A DNA stretch of 64,000 bases from an uncultured Aliarcobacter sp. GTDB taxonomy: Bacteria > Campylobacterota > Campylobacteria > Campylobacterales > Arcobacteraceae. Positions 27,389 through 36,384 of the stretch are shown one piece after another. The position numbers and the translations under genes are program-made. The stretch is taken from NCBI GenBank assembly GCA_963677435.1, contig OY781945.1, positions 1,664,001-1,728,000 on the forward strand, written 5' to 3'. The notes beneath the pieces were generated by a model. That model was not told where the DNA came from. It was given only the letters and a program-made list of their open reading frames with translations, and searched no databases. The stretch's first letter is position 1, and every line of letters begins with the position of its first letter.

Positions 27389-28132
27389 TTAGTTTATTTG
27401 CTTTTCAAAAAATTCAGTCATATATGTTCTATAAATCAAAGGAACAAGTTGAGTTTGAAGTTTTGGATTTATTCTTTCTTTTATTGTTACTCCTGAAAAA
27501 AAACTTTTCCATAGTTTTTGAAATTTATCTTCACTTCCTGATTTATTTGGCTCTTCAAAAAATGCTACTTCTTGTAAACTATAATTATCATTTATTTTTA
27601 TAAAAGCTAATTTTCTATTTATATCGTGAATTATAAAATTTTGGTTATTAAATCTTTTTAAAAAGTGTTTAGCCAAAAAATATACCACATTAAATTTACA
27701 CTCAAGTTTTGCGTATAAACTACCATCTTCAAGCTCTTCAAATCTTATAAATGCATACATTTTATGAACATTTTTAAATAACTCTTTTTCAAGACTATTT
27801 AGATAAAAAACGCAAGAATTATTGATATTGTTTAGTTGTTTTGCATCTTTGAAACCTAATACAATATACTCTAAAAGTGTCATTTCAAAATCTCTTGAAT
27901 CACACATAAAGATATTTAGTATTTTTTCTATTATGTTTTTAGGAAATTTCATTTTTATGGCTTCTAAAACTTTTTTATAGTTTTCTTCATTTGTTTTTAT
28001 AGTTTTTATTTCATCAAATATTATCTCATTTGGAAGAGATTTATATATATTTGTAGGTTTTAGTTTTTTATAATAAACCTCATAAATTAAAGATAAAAAT
28101 CCTTCAAAAGTACTATCATAAAGTAAAATCAT
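27389..28132 (-). CDS. TIGR03915/DUF4130-family putative DNA repair protein
   Basis: YD.TFEGFL, HKM.AF.RF, HF..RF....F.IHD..R and LW..FF....I.ER.N motifs; coupled to the radical SAM gene. Confidence 0.88.
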   Translation of the reverse strand: MILLYDSTFEGFLSLIYEVYYKKLKPTNIYKSLPNEIIFDEIKTIKTNEENYKKVLEAIKMKFPKNIIEKILNIFMCDSRDFEMTLLEYIVLGFKDAKQLNNINNSCVFYLNSLEKELFKNVHKMYAFIRFEELEDGSLYAKLECKFNVVYFLAKHFLKRFNNQNFIIHDINRKLAFIKINDNYSLQEVAFFEEPNKSGSEDKFQKLWKSFFSGVTIKERINPKLQTQLVPLIYRTYMTEFFEKQIN

Positions 28133-29364
28133 AATTCACCCGTAATTGAACTTGTATCAAATAATGAAGGCTGAATCAGTTTTTTTGGTTCTGGTTTTAT
28201 TAAAGCTAATCTTAGATTCTCCCTATAAAAAGGTACTTGTCTTTGGAACTCTTTGTTGCAAGTGATAAAATACATGGCTTTTTTTATTGAAATTTTTAGT
28301 TTTTTTAAATCATTAAAAGTAAGTCTTTTAAACCTTCTTGCGTTTATTATTTTCATTACACCTCTTGCTCCAATTCCTGGAATTCTTAGCAGTTCTTCTT
28401 TTGAAGCTGTATTTATTTCCATTGGGAAGTATTTTAGATTATTTAAAGCCCAAAAAGCTTTTGGGTCTAAATTTTCATCCAAATTTGGAAATTCATCTGT
28501 TACTATTTCATCCCAAGAAAAATCATAAAACCTAAGTAACCAATCAGCTTGATAGAGTCTATGTTCCCTCAAAAGTGGCGGTTTTGTGATGATTGAAGGT
28601 AAATTTTTATTGTCATTTACAGGAATATAAGCACTATAATAAACCCTTTTTAACAAAGCCTTATCATAAAGTGCAGAGCTTAGTTTTAAAATATCCCTAT
28701 CACTTTCAGGGGTTGCTCCAATGATTAGTTGCGTACTCATTCCTATTGGTTTTTGCTCTTTTGCTAGGCTTAAATCCCTTGCAAATTTTAGTGGTTGAAG
28801 TACTTTTTCTTTTGTTTTATTTGGAGCTAAAAGTTTTAGAGACTTATCACTTGGAAGCTCAATATTTGAGCTTACTCTATTTGCTAATTTTACTATTTGT
28901 TCAACTAATTCCATACTACTTCCTGGAATTAGTTTTACATGAATATAACCATTAAATTTATACTCATATCGTAAAATCTTCAAAGCTTTTAACATTAAAG
29001 TCATTGTATGGTCTTCTGTTTTTACAATTCCAGAACTTAAAAAAAGTCCTTCTATATAGTTTCTTTTATAAAAATTTATAGTTATATCAGCCAGTTCTCT
29101 TGGAGTAAAAACAGCTCTTGGAATGTCATTTGATACACGATTAATACAATATGCACAATCATAAATGCAAATATTTGTAAGTAATACTTTAAGTAAGGAT
29201 ACGCATCTTCCATCAGGTGTAAATGTATGACAAATTCCACTTGTGTGAGTCGCACCTAATTCACCTTTTTTAAAGTTTGTTTCAACTCCACTTGATGAGC
29301 AAGATACATCATATTTTGCGCTGTTAGCAAGGATTTCCATTTTTTCATAAATAGCTGTTTTCAT
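28129..29364 (-). CDS. Putative DNA modification/repair radical SAM protein (TIGR03916)
   Basis: AKYDVSCSSSG, GICH..DGRC, CIYDCAYC, REHRLYQADWLLRFY, HhH motif LLRIPGIG. Confidence 0.92.
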   Translation of the reverse strand: MKTAIYEKMEILANSAKYDVSCSSSGVETNFKKGELGATHTSGICHTFTPDGRCVSLLKVLLTNICIYDCAYCINRVSNDIPRAVFTPRELADITINFYKRNYIEGLFLSSGIVKTEDHTMTLMLKALKILRYEYKFNGYIHVKLIPGSSMELVEQIVKLANRVSSNIELPSDKSLKLLAPNKTKEKVLQPLKFARDLSLAKEQKPIGMSTQLIIGATPESDRDILKLSSALYDKALLKRVYYSAYIPVNDNKNLPSIITKPPLLREHRLYQADWLLRFYDFSWDEIVTDEFPNLDENLDPKAFWALNNLKYFPMEINTASKEELLRIPGIGARGVMKIINARRFKRLTFNDLKKLKISIKKAMYFITCNKEFQRQVPFYRENLRLALIKPEPKKLIQPSLFDTSSITGEL

Positions 29365-29407
29365 ATTTGTATTTTAGTAAAAATAAAACCTTTCCTTTAA
29401 AAATATA

Positions 29408-30802
29408 TCAATTTGTAATGAAAAGATTTTTTGTAAATTTATCTGCTATTTTTAGATGATTTTCTAGCTTATCTTTTGGCATTTTATTTAAAAGTGCTAT
29501 TTGCATCGCCATTCTTGGATTTTTCTCAAATTTAGGTGAATATTTATATAAAAATCTCCAATATAAAGCATCTACAATTTCACACCAAGGTTCACTTTTT
29601 TTATAATCACTCATTTTTAAAATATAGTTAGAACTTGCAATATATGGTTTTGTTGTAATACTTCCACCATCACTAAATCCACTCATACCATAAACATTTC
29701 CAACCATCACCCAATCATAGGCATCAATGTAGTATTTCATAAAAAATTTATAAACATCATTTGGTTTTATTTCAAGTAATAAAAAAATATTTCCTAAAAT
29801 CATAAGCCTTTCTATGTGGTGATTATAAGCGCTATTATTTAACTTTTTTATACAATCATCAAGGGGAGTTAAGCCACTTTGGGCTTTTAGTATTTTAGAT
29901 GGTATTTTATTTTTAAATTCAAAAAAATTAGAGTTTCTAAGCTTCACACCATCATCTTGATAAATCTTTAGCATAAACTCCCTCCATCCAATAATCTGTC
30001 TTATAAAGCCTTCTTTTGCATTGTATGGAGCATTTGCATTTACAACTCTTTCTATTAAATTATTTAAGTCAATAAGTCCAATATTTAAGCTACTTGAGAT
30101 ATTTGAGTGAAATAAAAAAATCTCTTTTAAATCTTTTGTAATGGCATCTTGATATGAACCAAAGTTCTCAAACTTTTCTCTTATAAAATAGTCTAATTGC
30201 AAAGAAGCTTCATCAAAACTACTTGGATAATAAAAGTTATCACAAATACCAACACTTTTGAACTTTTTACAATAACTTCTAGCTTCTTTTACATATTCAT
30301 TTTCATAAGCTAAAGTAGGGGGAATTTTAATATCTTTTGGAAGTTTTTTTCTATTGTCTTCATCAAAACTATATTTCCCATTAAGTGGTTTACCGTTTTC
30401 CATAAAAATATTTAATTCTTTTCTTCTATTAATATAAAACTTATGCATAAACTTATTTGAGTCATTTGGGTTTATGAAGTTTGGATTTTTTATGGTGGTG
30501 ATATTTGAAAAGTTTTTATAAACCTTTCTTTCTAAATAGTTATCAAAAAGTTCATATATAAATATCTCTTGGTTTTTATAAGTTTCAAGATAACTTTTAT
30601 CTTCAAAATACTCTACATCAATACCATTTTGAAATAGATAATTTTCATAAAACTTCATACTAGCTCTATGAAGAACTAACTTTTGAATATGAAACTCATA
30701 TTGAGTGAAAAATAGTGGTTCTTCTATCAAAAGTACTTTTTTGTTTTTGAAATGTGATAAGTCTTTAAATAGTTGGTTTGGGTAAAGTATAAATATTTTC
30801 AT
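29408..30802 (-). CDS. Cryptochrome/photolyase family protein (PhrB-like (6-4) photolyase clade)
   Basis: H.QKL..HRASM, G..SFD.DNR, FG.YQDA, EGFIRQIIGWREF, HHIERLM..GN and KPY..SSNYI.KMS motifs. Confidence 0.88.
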   Translation of the reverse strand: MKIFILYPNQLFKDLSHFKNKKVLLIEEPLFFTQYEFHIQKLVLHRASMKFYENYLFQNGIDVEYFEDKSYLETYKNQEIFIYELFDNYLERKVYKNFSNITTIKNPNFINPNDSNKFMHKFYINRRKELNIFMENGKPLNGKYSFDEDNRKKLPKDIKIPPTLAYENEYVKEARSYCKKFKSVGICDNFYYPSSFDEASLQLDYFIREKFENFGSYQDAITKDLKEIFLFHSNISSSLNIGLIDLNNLIERVVNANAPYNAKEGFIRQIIGWREFMLKIYQDDGVKLRNSNFFEFKNKIPSKILKAQSGLTPLDDCIKKLNNSAYNHHIERLMILGNIFLLLEIKPNDVYKFFMKYYIDAYDWVMVGNVYGMSGFSDGGSITTKPYIASSNYILKMSDYKKSEPWCEIVDALYWRFLYKYSPKFEKNPRMAMQIALLNKMPKDKLENHLKIADKFTKNLFITN

Positions 30803-30808
30803 ATCATG

Positions 30809-30850
30809 AGTTTATGAAAAATTTTGATTGTTTTGTAGTGTATTTTTGTA
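30809..30850 (-). promoter_or_regulatory. Leaderless promoter with the tandem ACAAA motif (site 3)
   Basis: Minus strand: TACAAA-N7-TACAAA-N17-TAAACT-N6-ATG. Confidence 0.7.
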
Positions 30851-31106
30851 AATTGAATTATTTGTGAGTCTTTTTATATATTCTCTTTTCTTGATTTATA
30901 AAATTAGACTCTTTCATTTTGTTATATCATTTTAAAAACTAAAAAATTTAAAGTATTGTTATAATAAATTGGGATAATTTCTGAAAAATAATTAAGTTAA
31001 GTTTAAATAAGTTATGTTATCTTTTATATCAAGTACAAAATATCGCCATTATAATTAATCTTCAAATTTCACTTTAGATATTTAAATAAAGTACTAAGGA
31101 AAAAAT

Positions 31107-32123
31107 ATGCAAAGAAACTATCAAGAAATAATAGAGAAAAAGTATTTACCAAAACTTTTTTTTAATAATAAAAATGAGCCAAGACATGTGGGTATTGAAA
31201 TTGAATACTCAAATCTTTCACTAGAAAAAAGTGCCAAACTTGTATCTGATTTATTTGGTGGGAACTTACACAAAATCACAAAATACGAACTTGAATTAAA
31301 AGATACTAAATATGGGAACTTCAAATTTGAACTAGATGCCCAATTACTTCAAAAAATGCAAAGTGATAATTTATTTGATAAACTTAGTGACATAATTGGA
31401 AGTGTATCACATAGTATAGATGACATTGTAGATAAAACATCTAAGGGATTTGTCCCTTTTGAAATAGCAGCTCCTCCAATACCAATTAAAAATCTAGATG
31501 AAGCTGATAAAATGATTGAAAGTCTTAGGTTAAATGGAGCATTAGGAACTACTCATTCTCTTTATTATGCATTTGGAGTTCATTTTAATATAGAACCACC
31601 AAGTCAAAATATTGAAGATGTATTAAGACTTTTTAAATCATTTTTAATTATTCAAAAGTGGATAGAAGTTCAAAGTGAAGTTGATATAGCTAGAAAAATT
31701 TCACCTTATATAAATGACTTCCCAAAAGAGTATATTAAAAAAATTGTTGATATAGATTATAAGCCAACAAAAGAAGAGTTTTTACAAGATTATATAAAAT
31801 ATAATCCTACTCGAAATCGTATTTTGGATATGTTACCACAACTAGCTTTTTGGGATGAAAAAGAAGTAAGAAAACATCTTCCAAAAGAAAAAATAAATCC
31901 AAGACCAACATACCACTATAGACTACCAAATTCAAAAGTAAATCTTTTTAGATGGAACCTTTCTCAAGAGTTTCAATTGTGGGTAATAGTTGAAATCTTA
32001 GCAAATAATGAAAAAGTATTTAACAAAATGAGTAAAGAGTTTTTACTTCAACTTGACTCACCTTTATTTAATAAAAATGAATGGATAGAACAATGTCATG
32101 GTTACATCACAGACCTACTATAA
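31107..32123 (+). CDS. Amidoligase_2 (COOH-NH2 ligase type 2) family protein
   Basis: VGIEIEY, ELD, PFEI..PP, FGVHFN.E, NPTRNR.LD and RPTYHYRLPN motifs. Confidence 0.8.
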   Translation: MQRNYQEIIEKKYLPKLFFNNKNEPRHVGIEIEYSNLSLEKSAKLVSDLFGGNLHKITKYELELKDTKYGNFKFELDAQLLQKMQSDNLFDKLSDIIGSVSHSIDDIVDKTSKGFVPFEIAAPPIPIKNLDEADKMIESLRLNGALGTTHSLYYAFGVHFNIEPPSQNIEDVLRLFKSFLIIQKWIEVQSEVDIARKISPYINDFPKEYIKKIVDIDYKPTKEEFLQDYIKYNPTRNRILDMLPQLAFWDEKEVRKHLPKEKINPRPTYHYRLPNSKVNLFRWNLSQEFQLWVIVEILANNEKVFNKMSKEFLLQLDSPLFNKNEWIEQCHGYITDLL

Positions 32124-32779
32124 TAGTAACAGGTCCTAAAAAAGGATTTGTTTCTAGGTTTTTTATAATCTTTTCTCTTTTTTTATGCGGAGCTCGTACT
32201 AAAATAATCACTCCAAATAAACCCTATGATGATTTAGAAATGGATGGATTACTCATAAGTGGTGGAAATGATTTATATAATGCTTTTATTGAAGATAAAA
32301 CTTGTAAAATAGAAGATGTGATATCTTATGAAAGAGATGTCTTGGAGTACAAACTTTTAAATAAAGCTGTGGAAAATAACCAACCAGTTTTTGGAATATG
32401 TAGAGGATATCAACTAATAAATATATTTTTTGGAGGAGAACTTTACAAAGACATAAGAAGAGATGGTTATGATTATAAGTATACTCCACTGCCTTGGAAA
32501 GATATAAGTATAAAAAAAGGTGGTATTTTAAGTTCTTGTTTAAAAACTTCAACTTTAAAAATAAATACTTTACACCACCAAGCTGTAAAAAAGCTCCCAG
32601 AATCTTTTAAATTAGAAGCAGTTGATAAATATAATATTATTCAATCAATATCAAAAAAAGATGAAAATAATTTGATATTTGGAGTGCAATGGCATCCTGA
32701 ATATCTTTTTTACAAAAAACAACATTTGAAAATTTTTAAAATATTTGTTGATGCCACAAAATCTAAGTTAAAAAATTAA
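32081..32779 (+). CDS. Peptidase C26 / class I glutamine amidotransferase (PuuD-like)
   Basis: DGLLISGG.D, RD..E, GICRG.Q, N.LHHQAV and GVQWHPE motifs; start uncertain (32081 or 32093). Confidence 0.88.
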   Translation: MDRTMSWLHHRPTIIVTGPKKGFVSRFFIIFSLFLCGARTKIITPNKPYDDLEMDGLLISGGNDLYNAFIEDKTCKIEDVISYERDVLEYKLLNKAVENNQPVFGICRGYQLINIFFGGELYKDIRRDGYDYKYTPLPWKDISIKKGGILSSCLKTSTLKINTLHHQAVKKLPESFKLEAVDKYNIIQSISKKDENNLIFGVQWHPEYLFYKKQHLKIFKIFVDATKSKLKN

Positions 32780-32808
32780 GACAAAAAATTCGTAACCTAG
32801 TCTCCACT

Positions 32809-33864
32809 TTAAATAACCCTAACAATCTCCGCACTAGGTTTCGCAAAATAATAGCCTTGTGCGTAATCAACTCCGATTTCTTTTACTTTTTCAAGTTCAT
32901 ATGGAGTTTCTACACCTTCTGCAAGAATTTTAATATTATTATCTACACAAATTGTTCGTAATGCTTTATAGATTGACTGTTTCATAGGGTCTTTATCTAT
33001 GTTTTCGATTATATTCCTATCTACTTTGATAATATCTGGTCTAATATCTATTATCATATTTAAAGATGAATAGCCTTCTCCTACATCATCAAGAGCGATT
33101 AAAAAACCTTTATTTCTATAATAATTTAATATACTTTTTAAGTGTTCTTTATCTTTTACATCTTGAGTCTCAACTACTTCAAAAACTATATTTTTAGGGT
33201 CAAATTCAAGTTGTTTTGCCCACTTAACAGTAGAAGCCAAACAAAATTCAGGGTCATAAATTGATGTTGGTATAAAATTAATAAATACTTTTGCATCTAT
33301 TTTTTTGACAGCAGTTGTTTTTAGTGCTGTTTCTCTACACATTCTGTCAAGGGTAAAGTTCATGTCATTTCTTGCAGATTTTTTGAATAAATCATCTGGA
33401 TACATGAGTGTTCCATCAGGTAAAACACCACGAGTTAGAGTTTCATATGCAAATATTTTGTTTGTATTCATATCTATTATTGGTTGAAAATGAGCTGTTA
33501 AACTACTATTCTCAATAATATCAAAGAAGCTTCTATCTTCAATAAAATATAAATATTTATTTAGTGCTTTTGTAAATAATATACTATTCAGGGTTAATTT
33601 ATTATCTTCATTTTCTATGAAGATTTTAATCTCTTCTTTTTCTAGATCATTGAAGTTTGTGTTTAAACAATCAAAATTCTCTTCAAAAAAAGCTCTTGGA
33701 TTTTTTACATGAAAACTTATAATATTTTCATTTTTTTCAAAATCAAACCCAAGCTTTTTTATAATATTAGATGATTTACTAATTAGTTCACTAACTTGAG
33801 TAATAAAGTGTATTTTGCTGTCTTTTTCACTTATAAAAAAAATATCTTTACATTTACATGACAT
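32809..33864 (-). CDS. EAL-domain c-di-GMP phosphodiesterase
   Basis: HFQPI, ETL variant, FINF, FEVVE, ALDDVGEGYSSL, IKVDR, AEGVET and QGYYF motifs. Confidence 0.9.
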   Translation of the reverse strand: MSCKCKDIFFISEKDSKIHFITQVSELISKSSNIIKKLGFDFEKNENIISFHVKNPRAFFEENFDCLNTNFNDLEKEEIKIFIENEDNKLTLNSILFTKALNKYLYFIEDRSFFDIIENSSLTAHFQPIIDMNTNKIFAYETLTRGVLPDGTLMYPDDLFKKSARNDMNFTLDRMCRETALKTTAVKKIDAKVFINFIPTSIYDPEFCLASTVKWAKQLEFDPKNIVFEVVETQDVKDKEHLKSILNYYRNKGFLIALDDVGEGYSSLNMIIDIRPDIIKVDRNIIENIDKDPMKQSIYKALRTICVDNNIKILAEGVETPYELEKVKEIGVDYAQGYYFAKPSAEIVRVI

Positions 33865-33867
33865 CTT

Positions 33868-34395
33868 TTAATCCTTTATGATTGTAATAACTAACTCACC
33901 AACTACAAAACCAAATTTTTTCATTTTAGAGTGATTTATTATAACACCATCTTCTTGTAAATGAAGCCAATCTTTTACACTAATATCAATAGTTGAGTCA
34001 TTATAAGGTATTCTCATAACATAATCTAACATTACAGTATTTCCATTTGCTATCATTGATGAGGGTCCAACTATATCATTTGCTGTTGCAATGAATTTTT
34101 TATTCTCAGTTGGTTTTAAAGTCCAAGTTCTTTCTAATTTTTCTCCATCATTATATACGAAAAATTCCTCTAATTTTCCCACGCCATTTTTATCCCAAGA
34201 ACCAATCATTGTTCCTTTGAAACTTCTAGTGATTTTCCCGTTTCTATCTTTTACAATTCCATAGGCTCTTAGTTTTCCATTAAAATAATCTTGAGGTATA
34301 AACTCTGGTTTTGTGTCGTTAAAGTCTTCTATTTTCATTCCGGTACATCCTGTTAGTAGTATTGTTGTTAAAAAAGCAAGTATTAAATTTTTCAT
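33868..34395 (-). CDS. DUF3833-family lipoprotein
   Basis: Lipobox LTGC, YFNG.L.A.G.V.DR.G...R.F, L.E.F.Y.DG..R.W and DW motifs. Confidence 0.85.
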   Translation of the reverse strand: MKNLILAFLTTILLTGCTGMKIEDFNDTKPEFIPQDYFNGKLRAYGIVKDRNGKITRSFKGTMIGSWDKNGVGKLEEFFVYNDGEKLERTWTLKPTENKKFIATANDIVGPSSMIANGNTVMLDYVMRIPYNDSTIDISVKDWLHLQEDGVIINHSKMKKFGFVVGELVITIIKD

Positions 34396-35621
34396 GCAAT
34401 TAATCCTTTGTTTAAATCAATATTTTGATCTCTTGTAAAAACAAGTTGATGTAAATTGATATTTCTTGTTAAAAAAGCTGCCTCACAGTAGTTTAAATAC
34501 ATTTTCCACATTCTTATAAAATAATTATCAAAACCTAATTTTTTTACTTCTTCTAATTTATTTTCAAAATTCTCATGCCAAATATTAAGAGTTTTTGCAT
34601 AATCTTCTGTGAACTCTTCAAGATGATTTAGATTTAATCTTGTATGTTTTGTGGTGATTTCTAAAACTTTTGAAACACTAGGAAGATGACCACCTGGGAA
34701 TACATATTTTTGTATAAAATCAGTTCCTTTTGAGTATGCTTTATATCTTTGGTCTGGCATAGTAATTACTTGTAAAACTAAAACACCGTTTGGTTTTAGA
34801 AGTTCTTGGCACTTTTTAAAGAAGATATGAAAGTATTCCTTTCCAACTGCTTCAAACATTTCAACAGCAATTATTGCATCAAATGTACCATTTAAATCCC
34901 TATAATCTTTTAATAAAATTTCGATTTTATCTTCAACACTATGTTCTTTGAATCTATGTTCACAAAGTTTTTTTTGCTCAGTACTCAATGTAACTGTTGT
35001 AACTTTACATTTTTTATCATTGGCAAGATGCAAAGCCATAGCTCCCCAACCAGAACCGATTTCAAGGACATTTGAGCCTTCTTTCAGATTTAATTTACTT
35101 GATAATTTTTCTAATTTATTTTTTTGCGCTGTGTATAAATCTTCATCTTTATTGGAAAATACTGCACTTGAATACATCATCGTTTCATCAAGCATTAGTT
35201 TGTAAAAATCATTTGATAAATCATAATGAGCAGAGATGTTTTTTCTTGAATTTGTTTTTGAGTTTTTTCTCATAGTGTGTTTTATTTTATTAAAAATAGG
35301 CATGATATTTATAAATTTATTGTTTTTTTCATTTTCACTTGTAGTGCCTAAGTATTTTGAGTTTAAAAGTGCTAATTGTATTAATTTTGTTAAATCAGAA
35401 GTTTCAAAATCCTCATCTATATAACTCTCACAAAAACCAATATCTCCATAAAGTGCAACTCTATAAAAGAATTTACTATTTTTTATAATAAGAGTTATTT
35501 TTTCATTCTCTTTTTTTTCTCCATAAAGTTTTTTATTTCCATTTGCATATATAACTTCTAATGTACCTATTTTAATTTTTGAAAAAAAGTTATCTCCAAA
35601 TTTGTTCCATAATTTTTGCAT
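34392..35621 (-). CDS. cfa: Cyclopropane-fatty-acyl-phospholipid synthase family methyltransferase (Cfa/UfaM-like)
   Basis: NISAHYDLSNDFY..LD..M.YSSA, LEIGSGWG, EMFEAVG and FIQKYVFPGG motifs; ATG at 35621 after GGAG. Confidence 0.9.
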   Translation of the reverse strand: MQKLWNKFGDNFFSKIKIGTLEVIYANGNKKLYGEKKENEKITLIIKNSKFFYRVALYGDIGFCESYIDEDFETSDLTKLIQLALLNSKYLGTTSENEKNNKFINIMPIFNKIKHTMRKNSKTNSRKNISAHYDLSNDFYKLMLDETMMYSSAVFSNKDEDLYTAQKNKLEKLSSKLNLKEGSNVLEIGSGWGAMALHLANDKKCKVTTVTLSTEQKKLCEHRFKEHSVEDKIEILLKDYRDLNGTFDAIIAVEMFEAVGKEYFHIFFKKCQELLKPNGVLVLQVITMPDQRYKAYSKGTDFIQKYVFPGGHLPSVSKVLEITTKHTRLNLNHLEEFTEDYAKTLNIWHENFENKLEEVKKLGFDNYFIRMWKMYLNYCEAAFLTRNINLHQLVFTRDQNIDLNKGLIA

Positions 35622-35622
35622 T

Positions 35623-36384
35623 TTAATATCTCCTTTCTTTGTCTTCAACTCTTGGGGTATAAATTTTCAAGCCTTTTAGAAATAGTTTGATAGCTTGAAA
35701 ATAAGTTCTTGTTACTACTAAAAAAGTGCTAAACATATATTTTAAAAATATATTTAAACAATTTTTTGAATTAAAATCTTTGGCTTTTGAGTTAAAAATA
35801 GCAGTTAATTTATACTCATTGTCTTCAAATAAATCTATTTTCAAAAACAGCTTGTTTTCATCATATTTTAGTTCAAATTCATATACTCCCTTTGGTTTGA
35901 AAAAAGGAGAAACATACATATCTTTTTTTACAATTCCTGTATATGAATTAGCTTTTTTTTCTAAAATAACTGGATAAATAACTCTTCCATTATTGTAGTT
36001 ATGAACTTCAGCTAAAAGATGAGTAGGCTTATTGTTTTCATCAAAAAGCACCAAAGCACTTATGGGATTAAACACAAAGTTTAAAACTCTAGGTAGGGTA
36101 ATAAATCTCATATTTGCAGTTTTTTTAATATTTAATTTTTTTAATAACTCATCAACATTTTGTAAAAAATCATTAGATTTTCCAAAATGGTCTTTTGTTT
36201 TAAAACTTAGAAAGTTTAATCTATTTATTGAAAAAAAACTATTTTTTAGATTTTCAAAATCATTTAAATCAATATCTAATAAATAAAAATCATATTTAAA
36301 ATCATGAATTTTTGGAAGAAATCTTTTATGGTAGATTGTTCCCTCATAAAATCTATGATTTATTAAGTTTTTCATAAACGGCAT
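35623..36384 (-). CDS. DUF1365-family protein (UfaO-like)
   Basis: G.I.H.R..P..H.F.Y, PR.L.FVFNPIS, AEV.N, K..YVSPF and FQA.KL..KG motifs; start 36384 or 36375. Confidence 0.88.
   Translation of the reverse strand: MPFMKNLINHRFYEGTIYHKRFLPKIHDFKYDFYLLDIDLNDFENLKNSFFSINRLNFLSFKTKDHFGKSNDFLQNVDELLKKLNIKKTANMRFITLPRVLNFVFNPISALVLFDENNKPTHLLAEVHNYNNGRVIYPVILEKKANSYTGIVKKDMYVSPFFKPKGVYEFELKYDENKLFLKIDLFEDNEYKLTAIFNSKAKDFNSKNCLNIFLKYMFSTFLVVTRTYFQAIKLFLKGLKIYTPRVEDKERRY

Noticed and set aside
29366..29435. TTTGTA copies near the radical SAM start as another regulon site
   Set aside because: The spacing is not 13 bp and no copy lies 17 nt from the -10 box
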